From: Eledone cirrhosa
Lineage: Eukaryota
Length of the DNA stretch: 64,000 nt
Assembly (NCBI GenBank): GCA_964016885.1
Contig: OZ024754.1
Span: forward strand, 45,818,001-45,882,000
Direction of reading: 5' to 3'
The notes under the pieces: generated by a model
The model's database searches: none
The model's input: only the letters and a program-made list of their open reading frames with translations
Told to the model about the DNA's origin: nothing
Program-made: the position numbers and the translations under genes
Shown here: piece after piece, positions 1-13,726 of the stretch
How the letters are laid out: each line of letters begins with the position of its first letter
How positions within the stretch are numbered: position 1 is the stretch's first letter

Positions 1-1326
1 TCCTTCAGTTTAAGCCGTGTTATCTTTCTTCTGGTAGCAACCATAATTTTATAAAATTCGTAATCAAGTTTAAATCATAAAATTTTAATCAAAAATATGT
101 ATATTAAACTTAAACTGGATCTCATCGGGAATGTGCTAAATGTTCGATTATTTATGAAAATCTGAAGTCATATGTGATCTTTCCTCTAGCTCTACCTCTA
201 CTTCTTATTCTCATTTTGTTTCCCCCTCTCGTCTCTTCCCTCTCATCATCATACAATCTGTTTCTCTCTTCCCCCTCAGCCACAATATTTGTCTCTCTCT
301 CTCTCACCTATCTCCCCCACAATTTGTCTTTTTCTCCCCTTCTCCCACACAATTGATGTCTCTCGTCTCCCTCATCCTCACTATCTATTTCTCTCTCGCT
401 CCACCGATAGTGTCAATCCCCCGTCCTTAAGTAGTGAGAATATTGAAACCTTTAAACGTTCATTTATTTAACTACGTAGGAGTCTGTTGAAGTTTTAAAG
501 TTATACATTTTTTTTTGTGTATTTTTTTCAAGATCTTGTGCAATGCCATAAATATGCCATTATATTATGTTGTTACTCAGAAGAATATGTTCAGAGACCT
601 TCAATATAATGGTTTTCTTGATTTCTTTTTACAGCTGATATAAAAATACCTTTTCCAATTGTATGTTATATATCGTTCTTTTACTTGTCTTTCTTCACGT
701 TGAAAGATTTATTGCAAGAGGCCGTCATTTCTTCTTTAAATATAGGTTGGACGTTCTCCAAATTTTTCATTCGGTGTCTTAAATTGTTTTACTTATCTTA
801 ATACTTCGTTACAATGCGGTGATTCATCTTGGAAGACTTCATTGCATCATTACCAAAAAGTTTTCACATAACAATGTCTCATTAGTGATCGAAGAAATAG
901 AACCGAATGTTCAATATTGTTGTGAATATTCTACATAGAGGTATCTGGATACACCAGGTTCCATACTCTCTCACAATGATATTTCTGTGAATATCTTCCT
1001 GTCATTCCAATTTCTACCACAGCTCATCACAATGACTATGTTTCCATGGGTGACATATATCCCTTCATTCTAATTTCTACCACAGCTTAGTAAAATAAAT
1101 TACCAATCCAGAGTGGAGAATTGGCAGAGTTCTTAGAGCGTTCGACAAAATGCTTTGCGGTACTTGTTCCAGCTTTTTCCTTTTTTACTCGAAATCAAGC
1201 TAACCCACATGTCGATATTTGACAAATACACTGGAAACATTCACAAAACACTTGAAGCGTTATTGCTGTTCGGCTGATAAAAAAGGTATAGATTTTTTAC
1301 TTTAGAAATTAAGTTCAATTTTTGGA

Positions 1327-1431
<105 letters not shown>

Positions 1432-1958
1432 TCAGGGGAGATATAATCAACTTTGAATGTGAATATTAACGTTGTTCAAGTTTATTACTCTAAGTCCATC
1501 AACCTGTTCACGTTTGCATTTATTTATATTCAATTCATTGATTGTGCTAATTTACAAACGCTATTCCAATGTTAGCTTTTCTCGTATTATCAGATTTATT
1601 AGTCATACATGTATGTGACAGCGCCCTCTGTGTATGTATGAGAGAAGTGAGATGTTTAATTGCAGAGTTTGGAAATAATTGTTTATAAACTAATAAAATA
1701 TTTAATAAAATACAATGAATTATGCAGGATTATTTAAATACATTTTTTAAATGAGCATAACATTTTTCGTTACCAACAGCACAATTACATTCATTAATAT
1801 CGGTGCCTAACGCCATTTTTATCAACAATAATTCCATAACTGTAGTTGTTGTTATAAATATATTTCGCGCCATTACGTTTATTAGTATTATCAACATTTC
1901 CGTCAGAGTCGTCGACAGCATTATCATCATTATCGTCACATTTTTCTTATTATATAGA

Positions 1959-2135
1959 GGGTGGTGGATTGGCAGTATTGTTAGAGCTCGGACAATATGC
2001 TTTGCGGCATAGTGTTACGGACCTTTACGTTCTGAGTTCAAATCTTACCGAGCTTAGCTTTGCCCCTTACAGGGTCGATAAAATAAAGTACCAGTCACGC
2101 ACTGGGGTCGTTTTGCCTAAAGTAGAAATCATTAT
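1959..2135 (+). mobile_element. tRNA-derived SINE (octopus-type), first of a tandem pair
   Basis: A-box-like TGGCAGTATTGTTAG, B-box GAGTTCAAATC, body GGGTCGATAAAATAAAGTACCAGT shared with many copies in the window. Confidence 0.8.
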
Positions 2136-2145
2136 GATTATTATT

Positions 2146-2360
2146 AGTGGATTGGCAGTATCGGTAGGGCGTTGGATATGCTTTGCGGCATAGAGTTTTC
2201 TCCCTTTACGTTTTGAGTTCAAATCCCGCCGTGGTTAGCTTTGCCTTTCATCCTTACGGGGTCGATAAAATAAAGTACCAGTCACCCACTGAGGTCGATT
2301 TAATCGACTTTCCCTTCCCCCAAAATTGCTGGCCTTGTGCCTAAATCTGCAACCATTATT
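2146..2360 (+). mobile_element. tRNA-derived SINE, near full length
   Basis: TGGCAGTATCGGTAG...GAGTTCAAATCCCGCC...CTTTGCCTTTCATCCT...GGTCGATAAAATAAAGTACC...TGCTGGCCTTGTGCCTAAA then ATT tail. Confidence 0.85.
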
Positions 2361-2549
2361 TCCACCATCTTCATTAATATTTCTATCCTACCCCCTACCC
2401 CCCCCCCCTCCATTCTCTCTCTTTATATTTTTCCTTCTTCCGCTATTTCTTTTCCTTCTATATTTTTAGCATTTTTAAACAATGTTGTATTTCTTTTTAA
2501 AGCAAATTTTAATTTCAATTCACGCCTCCTTATATAATTTAAAATACAC

Positions 2550-2583
<34 letters not shown>

Positions 2584-3899
2584 GACACAAAGATACGAAT
2601 CAACACATATACACCCAAATATACATAGAATGACGGACCTACACATAAACACATACTAGAATGCCTACTAAGAAATGAACTCACACACACACATATACAC
2701 ATATAAACACATTCACACGCACATATATACACACAATAATTTACATAAAGCCACATAAATAGACACACATGTATTAACAACACAAACAGTCACAAATTGT
2801 TGGTACACACTCCAGTATTCAGGCATACATATATACCTGTGTGTGTATATATATATATATATCTGTCTGTGTGTGTATATATATATATCTGCCTGTGTGT
2901 GTATGTATATATATATATCTGCCTGTGTGTGTATGTGTGTATGTGTGTGTCTGTGTTTGTCATTCTACGCCTGTGTGATATTTTGATTCTGTACACTCAA
3001 GCGCAGAGAAACCAATATATAACGATACACGTGTCTGTGTAAAGGTGTACATATATCTGTGAGAGAGCGCACGCAATTATTCCTCTGTGTGTGTATGTGT
3101 GTCTGTCTGTGTGTGTCTGTTTAATTTGTTACTCTCTGATCTCACTCTTTCTCTCTCTCTCACTCTTTCTTTCTCTCTCTGTCTCTCACTCTTTCTCTCT
3201 CACTCTGTCTCTTTTTCTTAATCTCTCTCTCACTCTCACTCTCTCTCAGATTTTGTCTCTCTTTCTCACACCCAATCTCTCTCTCTCCCTCTCTCTCTCT
3301 CTCTTTCTCTGTCTCTCTAAATCTCTGTCTCTCTCTTCCTGTGTATATCCCTCTACTTCTCTTCCAGTCTCTCCCTCTCACTTTATCCCTGTCTCTCTCT
3401 TCCACCCTCTCTCTCACTCACACACTCTATCTCTCCTCCTCTCTTTATATATATGTATGTATATATATATATATATATATGTGTCTGTGTTTGATATGTA
3501 TAACATTAATAATTCTACTCCTTCTTACACTATCATTATAATTTCAAATTTCTTTTATTTTTAACACAATTTTCATTTTTTTTATATTGAAATTCTTCTC
3601 GTTATTTATATTCATCTTCCATTTTTCTTTATTTTCCTTAGCCATTGTATTATATTTTACTTTATTTCTTTCTGTTAACCATCTTACAACGTCTCGTGAA
3701 TATTAAGATGGAGAAAAGGCAGTTGACATCCCATGAACTACGAGTTGACAGTCTGAATAGATTTAAATTGCTCGATTGAGGGAACCCACACATACTCACA
3801 TAGTGCCACATACACACAGACTGATGAATACACACATAAAACACACACATAAACACACATATGTACTTTCTAGTGTTCTTGTTTCTCTTCTTTATTCTC

Positions 3900-3930
<31 letters not shown>

Positions 3931-3937
3931 TCTTATA

Positions 3938-3991
<54 letters not shown>

Positions 3992-4982
3992 TGAGTTTGC
4001 TGTATTTATATCTAGATATATGTGTGTATATGCATTTATATATAGATATATATAAATATAAATACACAAACTTATGTGCACCATATATGCTTATACATAT
4101 ACATATATATATATGTGTATGTGCGTGTGTGTGTGCATTTATATGTGTGTACATGTGTATCTGTTGAAAATGTACACTGTAAACCTCAACAGTTCTATAT
4201 TTTTTTCCACAGATTACAACTAATATTCTGACTGGTGATTTATATAACGGATGAATATATTTTTGTATATATATATATTCATATATATATATATAGAGAG
4301 AGATATAGATATAGATATATACGTAGATGTAGATATATATATAATTATGTGTGTGTATATATATATGTGTGTGTGTTTACTTCCCCAATACCTCTCTCCG
4401 TTTGATCCAATATAGAACTAACAGTTTTACTAAGAAGCAACCACATGTATTATTTTTGTCAGAATTACAAATCCTTCTCCCTTTATAGTTAATTACTGCT
4501 GTCTACACTCTCTACAGAAACTGCAAACTAACAGATTATTATCTCCTCCGATATAGATATTCCCTCTCCCCATCCTCCTTGCTACTCCTTAGATATTTTT
4601 TAGTATTATGCCTAATTTAGAGAGAACTCGATATAGCTTATTTATCGATAACCTATATCGTAATTATTGTATTAATTGGAAGCTCTAATGATTCACGGTG
4701 GCCTATATTTATTCAAACTGATCAATATAAACATTTCATTTGACCGTGGGCTGTAATCTTGGTACAATCATTTCTTTGGCTGCCTTCCTCAAATTTTCTT
4801 GAGACACACCCAATATCCTCAGCAATTATTGACCCCATTTTCTAAGATATTTGAAATACGCAGTCACAGACACCTTTGTAGCGCAATAACAGCAGAGTTA
4901 ATGTAATAAATACCTGTTTACCACAAGTCCTTCCATGACGTGGATGCTCTCCCATCTTTGGATATTATTTAACAAATTACAC

Positions 4983-5074
<92 letters not shown>

Positions 5075-5845
5075 TGTGCGTGTCAGATCAGATCGCTCTT
5101 CAGTGTAACTGGTATCATGTAAGCCAATACAACCTGTGCATGGTCGGGTCGTTGGCGACTAAACCGGCAACACCACCAAACTTGCTTGGTGAGGAGGAGG
5201 ATTCTGCACACCCAGTGGGATGAAAAATATATGCCCTCAAAATGTGGAAGAAATCAGGAGAGTCAAAGGCCATCCACTGATATTTGCGAAGCAAGAGATT
5301 CCAAGTCATCATTAAGATATCTCGCTAGAAGAATGTCACTCTGATACAAAACCAGTGATTTCGTTTGCATCCAAGGAGTGTTGAAAATACATAAGACAAA
5401 TTATAACGTCGACTACTCTATAGATTCTCCAGCAATCTCAATATTAGCAACGTCACTAAAAGAGAAACAACCAAGAACAACAAATATGGAAATAATGTAG
5501 ACAGAGTAAATATTCATTGCTTCAAATACATTGTATGTCATGACATTGCTATTGTTGACAAAGATTTGTCTTTACTATAGCATCATGTTGACATATTCAA
5601 TCAAACATTAATACCCTGTACAATACCTCTCATATATGATAATGTATCGTAGGTTTCGTTTCAAAAATAGATTTCCTTTCCTCTTTCAGCCTCCCTCACA
5701 TCAGAGTGAGAGATTACTGCAGAAATCTTTTTACTCCAAGCCCTATACTACTTATATTCCTTAAGCTAGAAATTACAAAGAGCATCACGTATTCTAAGAT
5801 GATTATTATATATATATAGTCTGCAAATTTATTATTATTACTATA

Positions 5846-5914
<69 letters not shown>

Positions 5915-5939
5915 GCACACACACAGAAACACACACACA

Positions 5940-6010
<71 letters not shown>

Positions 6011-6013
<3 letters not shown>

Positions 6014-6085
6014 CATTCAGAAATAAACCAAACACTGCTAAGTATATCATATAGTTAGCAGTACTTGGTTTATTTCTCAATGTAT
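6011..6085. repeat. Imperfect 37-bp-arm palindrome abutting a (TA)n tract
   Basis: ATACATTCAGAAATAAACCAAACACTGCTAAGTATAT-C-ATATAGTTAGCAGTACTTGGTTTATTTCTCAATGTAT, 4 mismatches; the arm sequence recurs unpaired at about 33223-33258. Confidence 0.85.
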
Positions 6086-6147
6086 TCATTGCTCTACGTG
6101 AAATTATAATCGATATGGTTTCATATTTGAAATCATATTACTTTATA

Positions 6148-6204
<57 letters not shown>

Positions 6205-6449
6205 TATATAGTTTTTAGACGTGAACCTATCTAAATGTCTCAAGTTCTTTAAGTACGAAATAATTAGCCCCTAAGTGAGGTTTGTTGCCCTATAGCAATA
6301 TATATATATATATATATAATGTGTGTGTGTGTCTGTCTGTCTGTGTATAGCAATATCCGTAGTTGTATACAGGAAATGGAATACAGCGCTCAATCGGGAA
6401 GAGAGCAGAAATGTTATATTATTTATTTTTGTCCACACATGGAACAAAG

Positions 6450-6533
6450 ACGCTATCCAAGGTTTCATGTCCCAAATTTGACCATACCACGAGAAAATAA
6501 GAGGTGTCAAAATATTGACCTTTCTTCAGGCGC
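6450..6533 (-). ncRNA. Candidate decayed minimal hammerhead ribozyme
   Basis: Minus strand GCGC-CUGAAGA-AAGGUC...GGACAU-GAAA-CCUUGGA-UA-GCGU; stem I pairs, stem II is imperfect. Confidence 0.45.
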
Positions 6534-6582
6534 TAATACGAGTTTATATGATCTTATAAACTCATATTAGGGCCTGAAGAAA
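6521..6582. repeat. 28-bp-arm inverted repeat (fold-back) overlapping the hammerhead 5' end
   Basis: TTTCTTCAGGCGCTAATACGAGTTTATA-TGATCT-TATAAACTCATATTAGGGCCTGAAGAAA, 2 mismatches. Confidence 0.85.
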
Positions 6583-8639
6583 AGATTGATTCTGCACCAC
6601 ATTGTTTTATGTATTTGTAGCTAATCTTTATATTAATATAAATAATAATATTTCTTTAATATTTCTCTAATTCCAGTGGAAGGCGCCCAAACCTGGTCAG
6701 ACTGGTGGGGCTATGAAGGTATATCAGGTAAGCACTACTTTTAAATATATTGCTATCATAAATAAGGAGCAATGTTTTATTTTTATACATCATATAATTA
6801 AAGGAAACGTGTTAGACAGATCTGTGAGATTTGCAAAGATATAACGTTACAATCGTTCTGCATAATCACATTTATCATTTAACGATAAGAGAAGACATAC
6901 AAATGTACACTCTCTCTCTCTCTCTCTCTCTCTCTCGCTCACATACACATACACACTCTCTATCTATCTCACACGCATACACTCTCTCCCTCTCTCTCTC
7001 TCATTCTCTCTCTCTATCTCTCTCTCTCACACTCTCTCTCTCTCACCCACCCACTCTCTCTCGCTCTCTCTCTCGCTCTCTCTCTCTCTCTCATACACAC
7101 ACACACATTCACACTAATCGGCGGAATCAAAATACAGCAGTAGCGAGGACCACATTCTAAATAGAAATATGGCAATGCCCGAAAGAAATAATTTCGGGGG
7201 AAATAAACTGCATTGGAATGGATGCAATCATAAACTTTAGTGTCCGTAATTTGGTTTATCTCTATATTGGCGAAACCCACCCAATGTCCTGTAAAAATGT
7301 TCCCATTGATGCTCTCTTCAAAATTCCCCTTTTTGTCTTAAATGGCACCCTATACATTTCCTGGGCTGGAATCCCCTAAACAAAACAAATTACTATTATT
7401 ATATATATATAGATATGTATATACATATCTATATATATATATATATAAGCAAACTCAATGTCAGCTATTAATGGAAGAGAGAAACCAAAGACTTAGACAC
7501 ATACATGCCACTAACACTCATCTAATCCTGAACACGCACAAAAATACGTCAATATACACACATACATATACACACACATACATAGACACACACATACATA
7601 CATACATGCATACATACAGACATACATATATACTTGCACGCATACACACATATACATATATACATGCATATACATATATACATACATATATACATACATA
7701 TACACATACATATATACATACAGTTATATATTTACACTAACATAGCAAGAGAGTGAAGCAATATCACTCAGACCCACGTTGTTACCTTTTACTAGAATCT
7801 CTTATTTCAATAATATAACAAACTTAACAAGAAATTTACATACAATGTTTTTACAAGTTCCTACTGGCGCTAATTAACAACTCGCCTATAATAAGATATG
7901 TGTCTTCAAGCAATAACAAAACTTAGAAAGTCAGCGAAAACTAAATCTACGTTTAATACTCATTAATCATGTGGCATGGGTCACCTTCTGGTCAACACTT
8001 ATCAGAAATATCTAAAATATAGTAATAGACATTGCCGGACAGATAAATAAATAGATAGACATCAAGACAGACAGATGGACAACAGATAATTTGCATTTCC
8101 TGTTACGCTTGAATATATCGACATAACTTAAAGATAATCGAATTTCTTCTACAAACAAATGAAACCACTAAAAGTTTTCTCATTACTTATTATATAGTTT
8201 TATTCGTTTATTTAATACGTTGAGAGAATCTCATATTTTGAGAACCATAGAATTTCTAAATCATATTATGGCATCATTATACATTTATAAATTGATAAAT
8301 ACCATTTTATAAAACGTTGAATATAAGTGATGGAATTTTTACTAATTTAATAACAGGGCTATCCTTGGGTATGTGAGAAAACGTATGATGAGAAGTTGGA
8401 AATATACAACCAAGTTTAACCAATTAATTATATTTCAAACACAGCTATTGCTATTCCATGGTCATATATTGAGGAATGACAAAAGGATTATTTGGCACAA
8501 GCATTTATCTCTTTATTAGAATCTTCCGTAAATGAGAGAGCAATTCTATTATATATCTTGAATATTAATAGAAATGTATTTCTATATTTGCGAAATGACC
8601 CAGCGTCTCATTTAACTGATCATCATATTAACCTTATAG

Positions 8640-8800
8640 TCGGTGAATTGGCAGAGTCGTTAGAACGTTGGATAGAATGTTTTATGGTATTCGATCCAGC
8701 TCTCTGCTCCCTCAGTTCAAATCCCACCCAGGTCAACTTTGCCGTTCATCCTTTCAGGTAGGAAGAATAAAATAGTAATCTAGTGCACTGGACTGGTGAT
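8640..8800 (+). mobile_element. Decayed SINE, same family as 2146-2360
   Basis: GAATTGGCAGAGTCGTTAG, CAGTTCAAATCCCACC, GTCAACTTTGCCGTTCATCCTTTC. Confidence 0.7.
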
Positions 8801-9395
8801 ATATATTGTTTCTTTTCTTTCTATGATTAAATCAAGCAGTGGCCTTGTTTAGTTTAATACGACCACCTGGTCATTGGGTTGTTTTTATTGGTGGTCACTC
8901 TGTTCAAACCATTCGGTTTGGTTTCATGAGAGATTCTAACCTCCTCCTGTCTGATTCAGAAGCTCAGAAAAATACCATTGATGCTGATTAACCGTTGAAA
9001 ATCACACAAAATGTCCAGCTGTTCATTTATGGGGTTTGTTGTATCAATCAATAAGAATATCAGAGATGTCTAAATCTGGGGATTTAGAAGTAATTTAAAG
9101 CGTCAAAATTAATTTCCTAGAAAACATAGAAGCGACAAGATTAGAGGCAGTGGGTGTATTAGAATGGAAGTGATCAAATGCAGTCGAAATCCGCCATTGC
9201 ATTAAATCGTATTAGATCCTATAAGATAATTAAAAGTAAACTACTTCATTCAAAACCATTTATTCTAGAACTCCTAAATATTTGGTCTTAATTATAAGTA
9301 GGCCTTCTATTTGATGCTTTAAGATCTCTGTGAATGGTAGAATTTACGTACTGAAATGTTATATTAAGTAATTATTCTAGGTTCGTAATGGATCA

Positions 9396-9450
<55 letters not shown>

Positions 9451-10562
9451 GTATGAAATAAGATAGTATTTAAAACATTCAAACATTAACTGAAGAAACA
9501 CTCCGTACTAGTGTGTATATTGTAAAAATATATTTGCTAAGTAGAAACGTGTCAACGACCTCGAGGTTTCAGGTTATTTGCTTCATATATATATTCAATT
9601 CATGGACTATAAATAATAAATGAATTGAAACTTACGTAGCTACGCAATAAACAGACCTTCAATATAGTTTAACGTTGAGTAACGACTAGACAACTCTTGT
9701 ATATTATGTGTCCGTAGATTAGTTACTGCTCGAACTAAAATTATATAAGTATACATAGAAACTGACATAAATATGTTATACTCAACAACCTTGGTCATCA
9801 GACCGTCTCATATTTAGCGAAACATTTGCAATTTGCTTTCGTGAAATCTAAATATGTATCCATAGGTATAAAATTCACCGTAAAATGTAAACTTTGTTTT
9901 ACTAAAATGCCACATAGTCAATTAATACGCACAAATAGTTCTTGGCAAATAGTTTTTATTGATTTTTATTTGTCTCAAATCTTCTTCAACAAGAAATCAC
10001 TACACAGGTTACATTAATGGATAATAAATTCACTAGTTTGCCATCATTCACATTTCAATTGTTAAATGTTACTACGTCAACAGCTAATACTTGCCTTAAA
10101 ATTTCGGTTTTTATTACACAAATAATAGCCATTTCCTTCCACATTTAACATTTTATTCATTTTTGCCAAATTTAGAATGTAGCAAAATCAATCACAAGCT
10201 CGCGTCGTCCGAATGCCAATGGACAATGTAAAATATTTAATGGAGTGATTTGTAAAATTGCTAATATTTCATTTGTTCAGACGGGCGAAGTAAATACTCA
10301 CTGATCAAAAGTCTCGTGTTTTCCACTAAAAGAAAATTACTTCCCGACTCTTAATGTAGTAAATTACAGACACATAAGGCTTTTTCTTTGGATGTACAAT
10401 AACATACACGGAGTGTCGACAACTATCCCAACGACTGAGGCAAATGCATGGAAGACATCGGAATGATATGTCAGAGTTAAGTGAGAGCAATCGAATTTAA
10501 TTTACCAAGGGAAAATATATAAATTTCATTAAATTTCATTTACTGGGGAAATATAATATAGA

Positions 10563-10706
10563 CAGTGGCATGATTGTGTGACTAAGGAGTTTGTTAAGCA
10601 GGCATATGTTTTCAGATTCAATTCCACTGTCTGCCACGCTGGGTATGTATCTTCTACTATAGTCTCGGATTGACCAATAGCTTGAGTAAAATTTGGTAGA
10701 TGAACT
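10563..10706 (+). mobile_element. Decayed tRNA-derived SINE of a second family
   Basis: GTGGCATGATTGTGTGACTAAG A-box-like, GATTCAATTCC B-box-like, then TCTTCTACTATAG...GACCAA...TTTGGTAGA. Confidence 0.6.
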
Positions 10707-10780
10707 CACACATCATGCCTATAATATTTCCTTTCTTCCACTGCTAATCTCCCCTATTTCTTCTTTAATTTCTTATTCTA

Positions 10781-10816
10781 TTTTCTGATGAAGGACTAAC
10801 GTCCCAAACGTTAAGA
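10781..10816 (+). ncRNA. Degenerate minimal hammerhead motif (GAAA mutated to CAAA)
   Basis: UUU-CUGAUGA-A-GGAC-UAAC-GUCC-CAAA-CGU-UA-AGA. Confidence 0.4.
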
Positions 10817-10903
10817 CTCTTTTCCTACGATATCAAGCGTAAAACTAATAACATATTTCTTTATTGTACTGTGTCGATGGCTTTGTTATTTCTGTTGGCC
10901 TTT

Positions 10904-11035
<132 letters not shown>

Positions 11036-11229
11036 GCGTTTACGTCTAATGTTTCCTTGTGGCCTTTAATGTACCGGTTTACCATGCAGAGATTGATACA
11101 CTAAGTGCCAGGCTTGAAATACTCTCATGCACGACTTAATCCCTCTTAATCAGTGTCCCAACATGACTGTAACATGTAAAATAATTGTCTACACGTTTGA
11201 CACAGGACTACCAATTTCAAATGACGTAG

Positions 11230-11395
11230 GAAATCCCTTAAATCGACCACAGTTTGTTACTGGTACTTCATTTTCTCGACCCCGTAAGAATGAAATGTAA
11301 AGCTAACCTAAATGTAAAGCTAACGTAAAGAGCCGTGTCTAAATACTGTAACGCACTTTGTCCCGCGTTCTACCGATTCTACCAATCCACGGCCT
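11230..11395 (-). mobile_element. Decayed SINE, same family as 2146-2360
   Basis: TACTGGTACTTCATTTTCTCGACCCCGTAAGAATGAAA...TACCAATCCAC is the reverse complement of the SINE. Confidence 0.7.
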
Positions 11396-11679
11396 TCAGC
11401 GTGTAAAATAATTAAGGAATGAAAAAAATAATATGTGGCGAGAACGAACCCATCTGTCAATGTCTAGTACATAATTTAATCTGAAACAGGCAAGTAATTT
11501 TATTGGTCTTTGCCTCTAGGTATTCAGTTTGGTGTTTATCTTATCTATGTATGTTTACCAAATCACTAAATTTTGCGGGGCATAAAAAAAAACGCATTTC
11601 AATAGTTAAATGCCACGAACTGTATTTTTTTTTTTTTTTTTGCACATTGCACGAAAGTACGCTCATACATCGATACATG

Positions 11680-11760
<81 letters not shown>

Positions 11761-13412
11761 ATTCCATATAGATCTTCCCAAATTATTTGTGTGAATATGT
11801 GTATTCATGCCGGAAGGTTTCTTTTGATGAAACAACAAGCAATAGTATTGAAGTAAATACTGGTAGAGAAAGTATGTCCAATTTTAATCTGACAAATTTC
11901 AAGCACGAAACATTGGCCAACACTCTATAGTATTTGACACTAGTTGTATGTGTCATGAAGCGAGTTTGAGCCTGTAAACATCGAGATTATGAAATACACG
12001 TCTTAACTAAGCAGCCATGATTTATGTTTAATTATCGTATTTAAAATTGACTAGGTGTATAACATTAAAATTATACTTCCAAATTCGACATATATTGTTA
12101 CAGTGCCAATTTGAAATCTGGCAAGGTAACATCAAATACTTTAACGAGCGTCTTCATAAATTAGTTCTATTAACGCAGCGGCAATGGGAATAGAATATCT
12201 TATAGCATTAGTTGTGATATGATGATAACTGATCTACCAATTTATTATTGCTGTTACTGTTGTCCATTAACTTGATGTCTGCTTTGATCAAGCAGAACCA
12301 CGATCAAACGCAATCCAGCCGTGACTATACTAACCTTTTTTCTATATGCAGGTACCTTCGTGAATACGCTATCCTATGTGTCCTTTCGAAATGTTTGGCT
12401 AAAGTGGGGAGGGATTTATAAAGATTTGGCTGCTATATATAGAAGGTCGAATGACTACAAAGAGGGACCTTCATTAGCTGATGTCATTGTTTTCGCTGTT
12501 GCTGTGTAGTATGTCAAAGCAGGTTTGATCCAGTAGATATACAATCAAAGGCATTTCACTTCTAACAATCTTGTCTTTTTCTTATATACATGGAGCATAA
12601 GATCACACTCTAATATGGTCCATTTTAAAACTGAGAAATACCATCTGAGAAAGGCTTGGCTTCTGATTAAAGCGGATCAAGATGTCACGTCGAGGATCCT
12701 ACGTTCGCTTCTGTAATCTTTGTTGTTGTTATTTAGTCCTAGGCCAGACTTGATCACGTAGACCTATCACCAAAGGCATTCCAGTACCACTACCCATTTT
12801 TGTTTATGTGAACATAAATCCAGGCGTAAAGATTTTAATGAATTACTGTGATATGAAAGACAAACAGTATTTATTGCATCATATATGATTGGGTAGAAAC
12901 CCATTCGTTCAAATATCATCTTTTCAGTTGTTTTTGCAACTCAAACCGGAACTATGTGACGGCTATTTTTACCACACAATCACTGACTCTCTAGCCTACA
13001 GTCATTATATATATCCCAATGGCGCTTTGGTATCAAATACCCATCACAATATTCCAACAAAGTTTTTATGTATATATACCATCATATTAATTCTGTCAAA
13101 GAACCGGAAATAGATTTTTTATATAATAAAAAAAAGGTTAAATGTAAGCTAAATATTCATATACACTTTTACAGAGAGTGAGAAAGAAGCCAGACGATAA
13201 GTCTATTACGAATAGGAAAGTCAGATCTATGATTCCATTGTAGGAAGATATTTAATTTGATTTTGCGCTGACCTTAATGATAAGGTCAGAGGAAAAAATA
13301 GGAAAAATTATTCGATAAAAAAAAATGATTGTTTTCAGTAAAAATTGAAAAATAGGAGGAAAGAAAGAAAAAAAGGAAAAAGTCTGAAGTATAAGTTTTG
13401 TAATTGTCTGAC

Positions 13413-13484
13413 GGCGGGGTGTGACAACGGTGTGGTGTGACAACGATGGGGGGTGACAACGGTGGGGTGTGACAACGGTGGGGT
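13413..13484. repeat. About 17-bp minisatellite, 4 copies
   Basis: GGGGTGTGACAACGGT-type unit repeated. Confidence 0.8.
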
Positions 13485-13672
13485 AGAGAGGTAATGTGAA
13501 ATAGAGTGATAAAATGCTAGGTACATATATGGACATATATAAAACATTGATGAATAGTATACATTTATATATATGTGTGTGTGTACTGGATCTCTCTCTC
13601 TATATATATATAGTGCGTGTGTGTGTGTGTGAACCGGATCTCTGTCTTGCTTTCTCTATATATATCTATATG

Positions 13673-13726
<54 letters not shown>

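Noticed and set aside
540-870. Possible Tc1/mariner transposase relic on the minus strand
   Set aside because: Only vague GRP-like similarity, many stops, no TIRs seen
2146-2230. tRNA gene
   Set aside because: A and B boxes belong to a SINE head; no cloverleaf, and the sequence continues into SINE body
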